From Candidatus Latescibacterota bacterium (GTDB lineage: Bacteria > Latescibacterota > UBA2968 > SICM01): 64,000 bases of DNA. A program made the translations under genes and the position numbers. The DNA lies in NCBI GenBank assembly GCA_965217865.1, contig CBDCJO010000002.1:1056001-1120000 (forward strand), in the 5' to 3' direction. Below the pieces are notes generated by a model. It made no database searches. It had not been told where the DNA came from and worked only from the letters and a program-made list of their open reading frames with translations. Within the stretch, counting starts at the first letter, position 1. The number at the start of each line of letters is the position of its first letter. Below are positions 42,729-52,970 of this stretch, piece after piece.

Positions 42729-43586
42729 TCAGGCGACCTTTTTCTTCCCCCTGACTGTCTTCTTCGCTGTTTTGGCTTTCTTCACCACGCCTTTTGCCCG
42801 CATCATCGGTTCCCTTTGCTTCTTCGCCTGGTCGATGCTATCCTTGAGCGCGGTCATGATATCCACCACCGGCTGGGGCTCCTCTGCGACCGTAATCACC
42901 TCTTTGCCTTCGATCTTGGCCTGCACCATCTCCCTCAGGGCATCCTGGTACCGGTCTTTCAGGTCGATCTTGTTCAACGTGGTGGTCAGCGAGTCAACGA
43001 GGCTCTGTGCAAGCTTCAGTTCTTCGGGATTGGCTGTACCGCCGTCTAACTGAGGAACATCTTCCATTTTACGGACCTCGCTGGGCGTCCGCAGCTTGTA
43101 GAGGATCAGGCCTCCCCTTTCCGGTCCGATCATCACAACGTCCTCCCGGTCGCGCAGGACCACCCGCCCGACCCCCATCTTTCCGCTGGCCTTCAGCGTT
43201 TCGCAAAACAGGGTATACACCTTCGCGGCCACCTCCCCGTCCGGACCGGCGAAATACGGGGCATCGTAGAGCGTCGGGTGAATCTCAGTCGCGTCCACAA
43301 AACCCTCGATCTCGATCACCTTCGTGCTTTTTAGCTTGATCTTCTCGAGGTCTTCCTGTTCGATGATGACATACTGCTCCGGCTCGTATTGATATCCCTT
43401 CACGATATCCTGATTTCCGACTTTTTTACTGCACTTCTTACACTTTTTATCATATCCCACCTGTCCATTGCACGCTTTGTGTAACTGATTGAATCGGATC
43501 GTCTGCGCGGTATCGACCGCGTTGTAGATGCGTATGGGAATCGTCACCAGTGAGAATCGAATATGGCCTTTCCATATGGATCTCAT
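42729..43586 (-). CDS. ku: Non-homologous end-joining protein Ku
   Basis: MRSIWKGHIRFSLVTIPI, IVKGYQY, VVDIMTALKDSI, basic tail; GGAGG RBS. Confidence 0.97.
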   Translation of the reverse strand: MRSIWKGHIRFSLVTIPIRIYNAVDTAQTIRFNQLHKACNGQVGYDKKCKKCSKKVGNQDIVKGYQYEPEQYVIIEQEDLEKIKLKSTKVIEIEGFVDATEIHPTLYDAPYFAGPDGEVAAKVYTLFCETLKASGKMGVGRVVLRDREDVVMIGPERGGLILYKLRTPSEVRKMEDVPQLDGGTANPEELKLAQSLVDSLTTTLNKIDLKDRYQDALREMVQAKIEGKEVITVAEEPQPVVDIMTALKDSIDQAKKQREPMMRAKGVVKKAKTAKKTVRGKKKVA

Positions 43587-43624
43587 GCCTTACCTCCAGG
43601 AGGAATTTGATGAAACATTAATTT

Positions 43625-45949
43625 TCAATATTCTGGAACCAGGTCCGGACGCAATCGGATGAAAACCGGCTCGCGGAGCGTCCCTTCCGATGTCAGCGAA
43701 GCATACTGCACCTCGCAGCATAGCCTGGGCTCGAGCCAGACCGTTTGAGAGTCGTCGACAGGTCTTTTTTTAACCGGCCTTTTGATCTGTTTTATCTTTT
43801 TCAGATCGGAATGAATCGACTTCATCTGGCGCTGATTGAAGCCGGTCCCCACCTTTCCCATATACTGAAGTCCTTCTCCGTTGATTTTTCCGAGGTGAAG
43901 CGCCCCGAACATCTTTTCCCGGTCTCCTTCTCCCCGGGTGTAGCCGATTACCACATACTCGGCCGTCTGGCGGTATTTAATCTTCAACCACTGGGAGCTC
44001 CTTTTCCCCGGGTAGTATGGGCTTTCCCTTTCCTTCGCCATAATCCCCTCGAGCCCCATCCTTCCGGCCGCTTCGAACAGTGAAACCCCCTCGCTGACGA
44101 CTTCGCTGATCCGGTAAGGAGACCCACGGCGGGTTGCGTCCTCCATCCACTCTCTCCGCCTGGTCAACGGCTCCTGAACTATAGGCCTTCCATCCAGGTA
44201 AAGGCAATCAAAAAGATAACAAACTGCGGGATGCTTTGCACGAGCCCTCGCGATTCCGCTTGCCGAATTCGGTTGCAGCCTGCCCAGAGCGTGCTCGAAA
44301 ACGGGTTTGCCTTCCTCCTCGAGGCAGACAATTTCGGCGTCGAATAGGGCGGAAGTCCCACGAAAGGCCTGTTCGGGTTGTAACAACTCGGGAAAAAGCA
44401 TCGTAATATCACGCTGGCTGCGGCTCCGTATCCGAATCTCTCCATCGTCCAGAGAGATCATCGCCCGAATCCCGTCCCACTTGACCTCGTACAGGTAGTC
44501 CCCCGAATCCGGGGGTTCTTTTTGGCTCTGTGCGAGCATCGGATCGATAGGGTCGAACAGCCAGTCCACCTGGGGTGTGTCGACACGTTCGAGAAGCCAG
44601 TCTTTATTCTTGGTATGGATCAACCGGTACTCCGCATTCAGTTCGCGACTGTGTAACCTGAAGTAGAAGCTGTCGTCTTTCTTCTGCTTGGTGATTTCGT
44701 ATTTCCCCTTGGCGAAAATCCAGATTTTCCCTCCCCCATACTCCCCCTTCGGAATCGTTCCCTCAAAGGTCAGATACTTCATAGGATGGTCTTCCACAGA
44801 CACCGCCAGCCGCTTGATCCCGGGTCGAGGGGGCAGTCCCTTGGGAACGGCCCAGGATCTTAAGGCACCGTCCTTCTCCAGACGCAAATCGTAATGGAGC
44901 CGGGAGGCGTGGTGTCTGTGAACCACGAATGAATTGCCGTCTCCCCCGATCTCTTCCGGCCGGGGTTCGGGGGTCTTTTTAAAACTCCTTTTTTTCGCGT
45001 ACTTCTTGAGGCGTCCGGCCGTTTCGATCGATTTGGCCGCCTTCCTTTTTCGGGTCGTTTTGCGTTCCGTATGGAGATTCGTCGCATAGGCCGCCATCCC
45101 CTCCCAGGCGTCTCCCTCCTTCTCGACCTGTTCCAGAACGGTTCGGATATTGAAGGCTGCGGGGTCTCGAACGCTCTCTAATCGGTCCCAGGGAAGTGGG
45201 GTAGAAACCGGAGCCCCCGGAAGTCCTCGAACGCTGTAAGGCGATACGATCGTCTGAGACGGCCGGTTACGGTAGATATCCACCAGCACCCTGGACTTCC
45301 GTGCCGTTTTTTTGATGTGGAGCGTCGTCGATTGGCTGCGCGCCTCGACGAAGGGCTTTGCAATTGCGGATGCCGCCTCGAATACCTTGTCGAAATCCCA
45401 CTTGGGTTCGATCGGAGCCAGAATGTGAAGGCCTTTCCGCCCCGTGGTCTTCACGAAGGGCTGATAACCGAAGCCTTCGATATGTTCTTTTAAACTCAGG
45501 GCGAGATCGACCACCCGGTTAAACCCGTAGTCCTCAGGCGGATCCAAGTCAAATACCATATAGTCCGGCCGGTCGAATTTGGGTTTGTGCGAATGAATCT
45601 GATGGAATTCGATGCACGCCATATTCGCCAACCAGACGAGGGAGGCCTCTTCGGTGGCCAGGATGTAATCGATCGGTTTATCCTCGCCCAGGGCGACGTG
45701 ATCCACCCATTCGGGAGTTCCCTCCGGCCTGTTCTTTTGAAAGAACTGCTCACCCTTGATCCCGTCTGGAAAGCGAATGAACGAAAGGGCACGCCCCTTC
45801 ACGTGACCCAGGATCGACGGAGAAATCTTCAGATAGTACTCGATGAGTTCAGCCTTGAGAATCTTCTCATCCGGGAAAAGAACCTTCTTGAGGTTGGAGA
45901 GCTCCACCTTCCGTTTTCCAACCTTGACCATTTGGGATTTCCTTGGCAC
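43625..45949 (-). CDS. ligD: NHEJ DNA ligase D (polymerase-phosphoesterase-ligase order)
   Basis: RFPDGI..FFQK, FDLDP, KTTGRKGLH; HHASRLHYDLRLE, SWAVPKG, VEDHP; YEVKWDGIR, EGIMAK, WLKIK, GKVGTG. Confidence 0.97.
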   Translation of the reverse strand: MPRKSQMVKVGKRKVELSNLKKVLFPDEKILKAELIEYYLKISPSILGHVKGRALSFIRFPDGIKGEQFFQKNRPEGTPEWVDHVALGEDKPIDYILATEEASLVWLANMACIEFHQIHSHKPKFDRPDYMVFDLDPPEDYGFNRVVDLALSLKEHIEGFGYQPFVKTTGRKGLHILAPIEPKWDFDKVFEAASAIAKPFVEARSQSTTLHIKKTARKSRVLVDIYRNRPSQTIVSPYSVRGLPGAPVSTPLPWDRLESVRDPAAFNIRTVLEQVEKEGDAWEGMAAYATNLHTERKTTRKRKAAKSIETAGRLKKYAKKRSFKKTPEPRPEEIGGDGNSFVVHRHHASRLHYDLRLEKDGALRSWAVPKGLPPRPGIKRLAVSVEDHPMKYLTFEGTIPKGEYGGGKIWIFAKGKYEITKQKKDDSFYFRLHSRELNAEYRLIHTKNKDWLLERVDTPQVDWLFDPIDPMLAQSQKEPPDSGDYLYEVKWDGIRAMISLDDGEIRIRSRSQRDITMLFPELLQPEQAFRGTSALFDAEIVCLEEEGKPVFEHALGRLQPNSASGIARARAKHPAVCYLFDCLYLDGRPIVQEPLTRRREWMEDATRRGSPYRISEVVSEGVSLFEAAGRMGLEGIMAKERESPYYPGKRSSQWLKIKYRQTAEYVVIGYTRGEGDREKMFGALHLGKINGEGLQYMGKVGTGFNQRQMKSIHSDLKKIKQIKRPVKKRPVDDSQTVWLEPRLCCEVQYASLTSEGTLREPVFIRLRPDLVPEY

Positions 45950-46283
45950 CCTGCTACCTCAAAACGCGTTATGGATTTTGCATTCCATCGACTCCGGACC
46001 TTTGACTAGATTTTCCCTAAACTGATAGCTTTCCATAAGATAAGCATAAACGCGTAAACTTGTCAAACGCGGTTTTTGGAAAGGGTTGCTCCGCTTTCAG
46101 GATTGGCGTATATTCGAAAAATTCCACAATCTTCCACACCCGTACTTCATACATCCACATCTCTTAATGATTGGTGAATTTTTAATTTTGGCTCTCCGTG
46201 GAATATAGTGTACCCAGTCTTCGCGATTGACACCGGGCCTTCGAGCTAATCGAGAAGCCGAGAAAAAAGTCAGGGCCTTCTTT

Positions 46284-46417
46284 CAGCGCCAAGGGCCGTT
46301 GTCCCTCAACCCAGGCGAGCTGCCCTGGGTCCTTGGAAAGCAATAGCCTCGTGCGGCCTGAAGGGCCGCGATAATTTCACATGCCCCGATCACCTGTCCC
46401 GCATCCTGATTCATCTA
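46284..46417 (+). repeat. Second copy of the RAYT-derived element 5' part, interrupted by IS630
   Basis: High similarity to 32324-32460; ends at ...ATTCATCTA where IS630 begins. Confidence 0.85.
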
Positions 46418-47584
46418 GTGTCGTGTCCCGCCAATAAGTTCAAATAGTCGCTTAATCTTTTCGAGGATGGATTCTGCGGTGGCAGTCCACACAAAGGGTT
46501 TTGAATTTGAGTTGTAGTGATCGGCGAATTTCTTGATGTTATTGACCAGATCTTTCACGCTACGAAAGGAACCCCGGCGGATTGCCTTTTGTGTAATGAT
46601 GTTGAACCAGATCTCGACTTGGTTTAGCCAGGACGCGTAAGTGGGTGTATAGTGGACCTGATATCTTGGCCGGGCTGCAAGCCATTGTTTGGTTTTAGGG
46701 TGCTTGTGCGTGCCATAGTTGTCCAAGACCAGGTGAATATCGAGATCCTCCGGGACGTTTGCCTCGATGTGCTTTAGGAATTGAAGGAATTCCTGATGAC
46801 GGTGTCTCGGTTTACATTGTGTTAACACTTTTCCCGAGGCGATCTCTAGAGCAGCAAACAGCGTCGTTGTCCCGTGTCTGATGTAGTTGTGAGTTACGCC
46901 TTCGACGTAACCCAAACCCAGTGGCAGAATCGGTTGCGTTCGATCTAATGCTTGGACCTGGCTTTTCTCGTCCACACAGAGCACCATAGCATTGTCTGGC
47001 GGGTTGAGGTAGAGCCCGACAACGTCCCTGACCTTCTCTACAAAGAAGGGATCGTTTGAGAGTCTGAAGTGTTTCTGTCGATGAGGTTGAAGTCCGAAGG
47101 CTTTCCAGACTCGCTGAACGGTGGACTTGGAGAGCCCAGTCTCAGCTCCGATGGACCGACAGGTCCAGTGAGTTGCATGCCTTGGCTTTGTCTTCAAGGT
47201 TTTGCCAATGAGCCTGGCAATCTTCTGGTCGGAGATTGAACGTGGACCTCCAGGACGCATCTCGTCGTAAAGCCCCATCAGCCCTTGAGCACAATAACGA
47301 TTACGCCATTTCCCAATCGTGGCATAGGACAGTCCCAGCTTCTGGCCTATCTGTAGATTCGTGAGTCCGATATCACTCATCAGTATGATCTTCGCACGGC
47401 GCACCAAAGAATGCGGTAAGATCCGCGAACCAGATATCGCCTTCAATTCACTTCGGACTTCATCACTAAGGTTCAATGGCTGCAATGGACGTCCCATTTT
47501 CATCGGTTCCTCCTTGGATAAGGGCATAAGGAACCATAAGACGAATCCATTACTTTGTCAAGTTATTCCTGGGTCATAACACTA
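46416..47584 (-). mobile_element. Complete IS630-family element; transposase at 46415..47503
   Basis: CVDEKSQVQALDR, RHGTTTLFAAL, LDNYGTHK, SWLNQVE; imperfect IRs TAGTGTCGTGTCCC / GGGTCATAACACTA; TA on both sides. Confidence 0.95.
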
Positions 47585-47898
47585 GTGGCGTGTTACAGAA
47601 TTAACCCTGAATTTGGGACCGCTTTCAGGCGAAGAATTTTCGTTCTAGCGCCCTCATCCCATGTATCCCCTTCTCCCGTCCTTCGACGAGCTCAGGACAG
47701 GCTCCGCAGGAGAAGGGGACGACGACATTCCTTTTCTTAGGTATTCAGGATCTCGCCTTTCCCTTCATTAAAGCATTAGATCATTTTCGATCTTCCCCTC
47801 TCCCGGCACCCGGGAGAGGGGTGCCGAGCTTGCGAGGCGGGGTGAGGGAGCACGACGGCGTTCCAGAATACAATGTGACTTTCGGAACACCCCACCAG
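47582..47898. repeat. Possible MITE carrying REP-like palindromes
   Basis: Imperfect terminal IRs CTAGTGGCGTGTT / AACACCCCACCAG; internal CCCCTTCTCC...GGAGAAGGGG and CCCCTCTCCCGG...CCGGGAGAGGGG hairpins. Confidence 0.5.
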
Positions 47899-47943
47899 TG
47901 TTCATATCGAGGGGTTGGACACCCGTACCAGGAGTCCACTGAC

Positions 47944-48822
47944 ATGATTCTTCACGTATTGGGAGCGGGAACCCCCATCCCCACCCCGGATCGCTATGGC
48001 ACCTCCTTTGTCCTGCAACTTGAAAGGGACTTTCTGATGTTCGACTGCGGACCGGCAGCGACGCATAAATTGGTTAAGGCCGGACTGCATCCCACTCAGA
48101 TCGACCACCTCTTCTTCACACATCATCACTACGACCACGACGTGGATTTTCCATGTTTTCTGTTATGTCGATGGGATCAGGCAGGTGGGAAGGCGGGTTT
48201 GCTCAAAGTCTGGGGCCCTCCCCCGACAGCGTGGTTCATCGAGCGCCTGATAGGTCCGGAAGGCGCCTTTTCCTACGACTGGAAGGCGCGCGTTGGACAT
48301 CCCGGAAGCCAGATGGTGCACGTGGAACGAGGCGGTTCGCTGCCCAGGCCCCCCCCATCCTGTGATGTGCACGAAATCGGTCCAGGAAAAGTCGTGGAGA
48401 CCGATCGATGGACCGTCACGGCTGCCCTTGCCCGTCACGCGGAACCCTGGCTGGAGTCTCTCGCCTTCCGGGTAGATTCGGACGAGGGAAGCATCGTGAT
48501 CGCGTCCGATACCGGACCCTGTGACACCGTTACCGAGATCACCAGGGGTGCGGATATCCTCGTCATCAGCTGCTGGGACCATCAGGAAGCCATGGACCGT
48601 CACTGGGAACAGGTGAACACGAAACACGCCAGGACGATGATGGGGACCGAGAACGCAGCCGCCCTTGCAAAAGAATGTTCTGTGAAGAAACTGGTCATCA
48701 CACACGCCATCCCGAATTTGGCGGCGCCAGGCTCAAGGGAAATAGGGATCGAAGACATGGCCCGGATCTACCACGGAGAAATCATCTTCCCGGACGAATT
48801 GACGGCAATCGAGCTCAACTAA
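47944..48822 (+). CDS. MBL-fold metallohydrolase (RNase Z/AtsA-like)
   Basis: LGAGTP, FDCG, FTHHHYDHDVD, SDT, ITH; AGGAG RBS. Confidence 0.9.
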   Translation: MILHVLGAGTPIPTPDRYGTSFVLQLERDFLMFDCGPAATHKLVKAGLHPTQIDHLFFTHHHYDHDVDFPCFLLCRWDQAGGKAGLLKVWGPPPTAWFIERLIGPEGAFSYDWKARVGHPGSQMVHVERGGSLPRPPPSCDVHEIGPGKVVETDRWTVTAALARHAEPWLESLAFRVDSDEGSIVIASDTGPCDTVTEITRGADILVISCWDHQEAMDRHWEQVNTKHARTMMGTENAAALAKECSVKKLVITHAIPNLAAPGSREIGIEDMARIYHGEIIFPDELTAIELN

Positions 48823-48832
48823 GGGAGAAGGC

Positions 48833-50446
48833 ATGAAAGGCATGGTCGTGACCCCTCAGCCCCTGGCTTCGGAGGAAGGGGTAATCGCCCTCAGAAACGG
48901 CGGAAATGCTGTGGATGCAGCCGTTACAACCGCCCTGGTTCAGGCCGTCATCGACCCCTTGAACTGCGGGATCGGGGGCCTCGGTTGGATGAACATCCAT
49001 CTGGAACACGGCGAGGATGTCTACCTCGATTTTAGCGCAAAAGCCGGCACAGGGGCAACGCCGGATATCTGGGTCAAGGAGATCCTCTACCCCGCTGCTG
49101 ATGGGGGAGGATTCATTTTACGAGGTGACGTCAACGAGATCGGTTACCGATCGATCGGGGTGCCCGGTACGATTAAAGGACTTCACGAAGCCTTAGTCCG
49201 CTACGGCACCCGAACGTGGGAAGAGACAGTCGGTCCGGCCGTCGAAATCGCGAGGGCCGGATACCCGATCCCCTTTGAACTGGCGCAGGAATGGCGAAAA
49301 AAGTACACCAGGGGCCGCCCGGATGCCTTAAGACGCTTTACTTGCACCCCGGAGGCCGCCCGGATCTATACAAAAAAAGGTGAGGTCCTGGACTCGGGGG
49401 ACATTCTGGTGAACAGCCACCTTGCGGGTTCTCTCGAAAAAATCGGCCGCCAGGGGCCCGACACATTTTATCAGGGTGAGATGGCCGAACGGATCTCCCT
49501 GGACATGGCCGCAAACAACGCTTTTGTGACGCGGGAGGATCTTGCAAACTACGAGGTTGAGGTGGCCGCACCGTTACGCTTGACCTACAGGGGTTATACC
49601 GTTACGAGCGCCCCTCCCCCGGCCGGGGGCATGACCCTCCTGGGAATCCTGAACATCCTCGAGGGCTATGACCTGAAAAGTCTCGGTTTCAACACGGCCG
49701 AGTACATACACGTGGTGTCGCAGGCCTTAAAGGCGGGATTCGCAGACCGCAACAGGTACCTGGGGGACCCGGCATTCGTAGATATTCCGGGGGAGCGTCT
49801 CCTCTCCGAATCACACGCAGAGGAATGGCGGGATCGGATCGACCGGGGTGAGAAATTCGATGTCGGATTCGACCGCTCTCGAGATGGAGGTACGACGCAG
49901 GTGTCCATCGTGGACGATGTTGGAAACTGTGTAAGCCTCACGCACACCTGCGGACTCTGCTCCGGGGTGGTCACCCCCGGACTGGGATTCCTCTACAACA
50001 ATTTTATGTTCGCTTTCGACCCGGTCCCCGGGGGGCCCAACTCCATCGCCCCGGGGAAAAAGCGGGTGACCGGGTCATGCCCCGCCATCCTCTATAAAAA
50101 CGGGGTACCCTTCATGGTGCTCGGCGCCCCGGGCGGAACCCGAATCATCAGCGCCGTTCTCCAGACCATCCTCAACGTCGTGGATCACGGCATGACCGCA
50201 ACCGAAGCGGTCTCGGCACCCCGGTTCGACTGCCAGGGAGAGACCGTCGAGGTCGAAGGCAGAATTCCGCGGTGGGTGTGCGAGCAGCTCGAGGGACTGA
50301 GTCTTTCCGTCAAGAGGGACTTGGCTTCATACGGCATCTATGCCTCCACCGCCGCCCGCGTGCACGCCATCCTTATCGACCCTGAAACGGGTGACACGTC
50401 GGGGGGTGCCGATCCCCGGGGATACGGTACTGCCTTATCAGTATAA
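48833..50446 (+). CDS. ggt: Gamma-glutamyltransferase
   Basis: GGNAVDAAV, IGVPG, FADRNRYLGDP, TTQVSIVD nucleophile, GAPGGTRI, GADPRG. Confidence 0.93.
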   Translation: MKGMVVTPQPLASEEGVIALRNGGNAVDAAVTTALVQAVIDPLNCGIGGLGWMNIHLEHGEDVYLDFSAKAGTGATPDIWVKEILYPAADGGGFILRGDVNEIGYRSIGVPGTIKGLHEALVRYGTRTWEETVGPAVEIARAGYPIPFELAQEWRKKYTRGRPDALRRFTCTPEAARIYTKKGEVLDSGDILVNSHLAGSLEKIGRQGPDTFYQGEMAERISLDMAANNAFVTREDLANYEVEVAAPLRLTYRGYTVTSAPPPAGGMTLLGILNILEGYDLKSLGFNTAEYIHVVSQALKAGFADRNRYLGDPAFVDIPGERLLSESHAEEWRDRIDRGEKFDVGFDRSRDGGTTQVSIVDDVGNCVSLTHTCGLCSGVVTPGLGFLYNNFMFAFDPVPGGPNSIAPGKKRVTGSCPAILYKNGVPFMVLGAPGGTRIISAVLQTILNVVDHGMTATEAVSAPRFDCQGETVEVEGRIPRWVCEQLEGLSLSVKRDLASYGIYASTAARVHAILIDPETGDTSGGADPRGYGTALSV

Positions 50447-50648
50447 AAACGTGAACCATATCTTGCACGATTCTATTTCCTTGACTGTTAATTAAGGCCG
50501 TCGTAAATTGGCCGGTCAGGGAAAATCCCGGTGAAGGGAGACAAACACCCAGGTAAACCGCGGGAATTTAAACTATCATTAAGATCTATTAAAACCGCCC
50601 CCTGTTCCTTCCCCGGTCCCTGGCCTCCAACCCCTGATCCCTGATCTT

Positions 50649-51035
50649 ATGACACGCCAATCCGTGGTGCTCAATGACATGTCGAAGTGCATTCCGGGTT
50701 CGCATTTATCTCACGAACCCCGCTTCGACCGCTGGTCCCTGATCAGCTACGAAACCCCCGAAATCTCCGGGGTTGCGATCTACCTGGGGAACATCTTTTC
50801 ACGAGCCTACGAAGGGCTCCCGGACATCAGCCTGCCCTTGAACGTCGCTGGATGGTTTGCGATCCACCCAAAAGGGAGTTCCGGGGATTACATCGAAGTC
50901 AAGGAGGAAGCGATCACCGGTGACCCCCCCAGGGGGGAGTACGAATGGTGGAGCGTACCCCCCACAAGGAGTTTTCTCATCGATAAACTGGACGGAGAAG
51001 TGGTCGGTCGCTACTGGCGGGATACCGGACTGTAG
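50649..51035 (+). pseudogene. Short hypothetical ORF, probably a deleted remnant of a larger gene
   Basis: Open 128-aa frame in operon orientation; appears composite. Confidence 0.35.
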
Positions 51036-51089
51036 GACCCGTTGATTTTTTCAAATTTCTTTTTGGAATTTTTCCTGAGGAGTTTTCCC

Positions 51090-52136
51090 ATGTTCGAAAT
51101 CGTCGATCGCAATATCTGGGTCCAGTCTCGGGAGGACCTTAACTTTCCGCACGTCGCCTCCTACGGAGAGGACCGCTTCGGTCTTTTTTTCAGCCGGGGA
51201 CGTCACGCGGTTCTGGAATGGCCCCACTACATGCTCAGCGAAGACGGATGTCAAACCTGGCGACACGACCCGTCCCCCTTCGGGGAGGGCCGGCGCGAAT
51301 GTCCTTATTTTCAGTTCCCACAGATAACCCTGCGAGATGGAACCCTGATAAGCGTGGTCATGAGGCGCAATCCGGGTGGCATGGGCTGCATACGGCAGGC
51401 AACCTCCGTGGACCACGGCAGAAACTGGACCGAGTCCTGGGAGCCGATCCAGGTCACACTGCACTCGATCTACGAACCATACGCCCCCATCGGACTCACC
51501 GTGTGGGGCCCCGCAATCGAAATGCCCGATGGAGAGCTTCTTGCCCTTGGTTTGGGAGAAGATTTATCAGGCCTCGGACCCGCCGGGAAATGGGAAGTCA
51601 TCGCCCTGTCTCGCCGTCCCGGAGAGACCACCTGGCGTTACAAATCAAGGGTCTTTGCCCCCCGTCCGGATACGCGCGAAGGCGTCAACGAAACCTGGAT
51701 CGCCAGGTTGCCCGACGGGAACCTGGTGGGGGTCTGCCGCACAGGTTATCCGGACTCCCCGATGCTCTGGACTCGGTCCGACGATGGCGCGAAGACATGG
51801 TCGGATGCCAAAGCGCTTCCCTGGAGCGGGGTCTACCCCATCCTGTATATGATGGACAACGGCGTCCTGGTGCTGATCTTCGGGGCCCGTCGGAAGGACA
51901 AGCTGAACGGGGCTGTGACCGCCCTGGGTTCCACGGATGGCGGTAAAACCTGGTCCGATCCCTTCGTGATTTACGATGGGCCCGGATCCTGTTACCATTT
52001 CGCGGCTAAGATTGGCCCGGACCGGCTTCTGGTGCCCTATTCGAGCTCCCAGTTCCGCGTGCCCGAGCTCCCCCAGTTCACCCCCCGGGGGGAATACAAT
52101 AAAATCTGTGCCGTGACTCTTGCCGTGAAACCATAG
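51090..52136 (+). CDS. Sialidase-like BNR/Asp-box protein
   Basis: SEDGCQTW, SVDHGRNW, SDDGAKTW, STDGGKTW; GAGGAG RBS. Confidence 0.85.
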   Translation: MFEIVDRNIWVQSREDLNFPHVASYGEDRFGLFFSRGRHAVLEWPHYMLSEDGCQTWRHDPSPFGEGRRECPYFQFPQITLRDGTLISVVMRRNPGGMGCIRQATSVDHGRNWTESWEPIQVTLHSIYEPYAPIGLTVWGPAIEMPDGELLALGLGEDLSGLGPAGKWEVIALSRRPGETTWRYKSRVFAPRPDTREGVNETWIARLPDGNLVGVCRTGYPDSPMLWTRSDDGAKTWSDAKALPWSGVYPILYMMDNGVLVLIFGARRKDKLNGAVTALGSTDGGKTWSDPFVIYDGPGSCYHFAAKIGPDRLLVPYSSSQFRVPELPQFTPRGEYNKICAVTLAVKP

Positions 52137-52207
52137 CTTCTGGTTCTGGGAAAAAGGTTTTTTTCATTTTGCACTTTGCACTTTGCAATTTCATGGGAGA
52201 CCAAACT

Positions 52208-52954
52208 TTGCAAAATCATGATAGACTTAAAAAGTCCTTCGACCGGGACGGTTTCGTTCACCTGCCTAAATTTATGACCCTAGGGGAGATGGAAAAGGTC
52301 GAGGCACAGATGGAGGAGATCATCCGGGATGTCGTGCCGAACCTTTCAAAACAAGATGCCATGTATGAGGATTACGACAGGCCCGAAACCCTCAAACAGC
52401 TCAACATCCCCGCGGAAAGTGCTCCGCACTTCGACGGTCTTCGGAAGAGCCCCAAGTTCAAGGACCTTGCCCGGCACCTCCTCCAGGACGACGTTTTCCC
52501 AAAGGCTATGGAATACTTCTGCAAGCCACCGGGTGTGGGAAAACCCACCCCGCCTCATCAAGACGGCTACTATTTCGGCCTGACCCCGTGCGAGGCACTG
52601 ACCATATGGATCGCCCTGAACGACATGGACGATGAAAATGGTGCCCTCCATTACGTGGCCGGTTCACACAAGAAAGGCGTCCTCCCGCACGACGCCTCTC
52701 ACGTCCTGGGCTTTTCTCAGGGAATCACGGAGGATGACCTCTCGACCTTCGGTAAATACGCAGTCTGCCGGGTCGAGTGTGGGGATGTCCTGATTCACCA
52801 TTGCCTGACCATACACGCAGCTCCCGGAAACACCAGCTCAAGGCTTCGACGTGCGGTGGCGTTTGTCTACTATGCCGATCGGGCGAAAGTCGACCCGGAA
52901 CAACAGCGCGCTTACAACGAATCCCTGAACCGCCAGCGAAAAGAACGGGCGTGA
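52208..52954 (+). CDS. Phytanoyl-CoA dioxygenase (PhyH) family protein
   Basis: FDRDGFV, KPP, TPPHQDGYY, WIAL, HHCLTIH..PGN.S...RR. Confidence 0.92.
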   Translation: MQNHDRLKKSFDRDGFVHLPKFMTLGEMEKVEAQMEEIIRDVVPNLSKQDAMYEDYDRPETLKQLNIPAESAPHFDGLRKSPKFKDLARHLLQDDVFPKAMEYFCKPPGVGKPTPPHQDGYYFGLTPCEALTIWIALNDMDDENGALHYVAGSHKKGVLPHDASHVLGFSQGITEDDLSTFGKYAVCRVECGDVLIHHCLTIHAAPGNTSSRLRRAVAFVYYADRAKVDPEQQRAYNESLNRQRKERA

Positions 52955-52970
52955 ACTGAAAGGAATCCTT

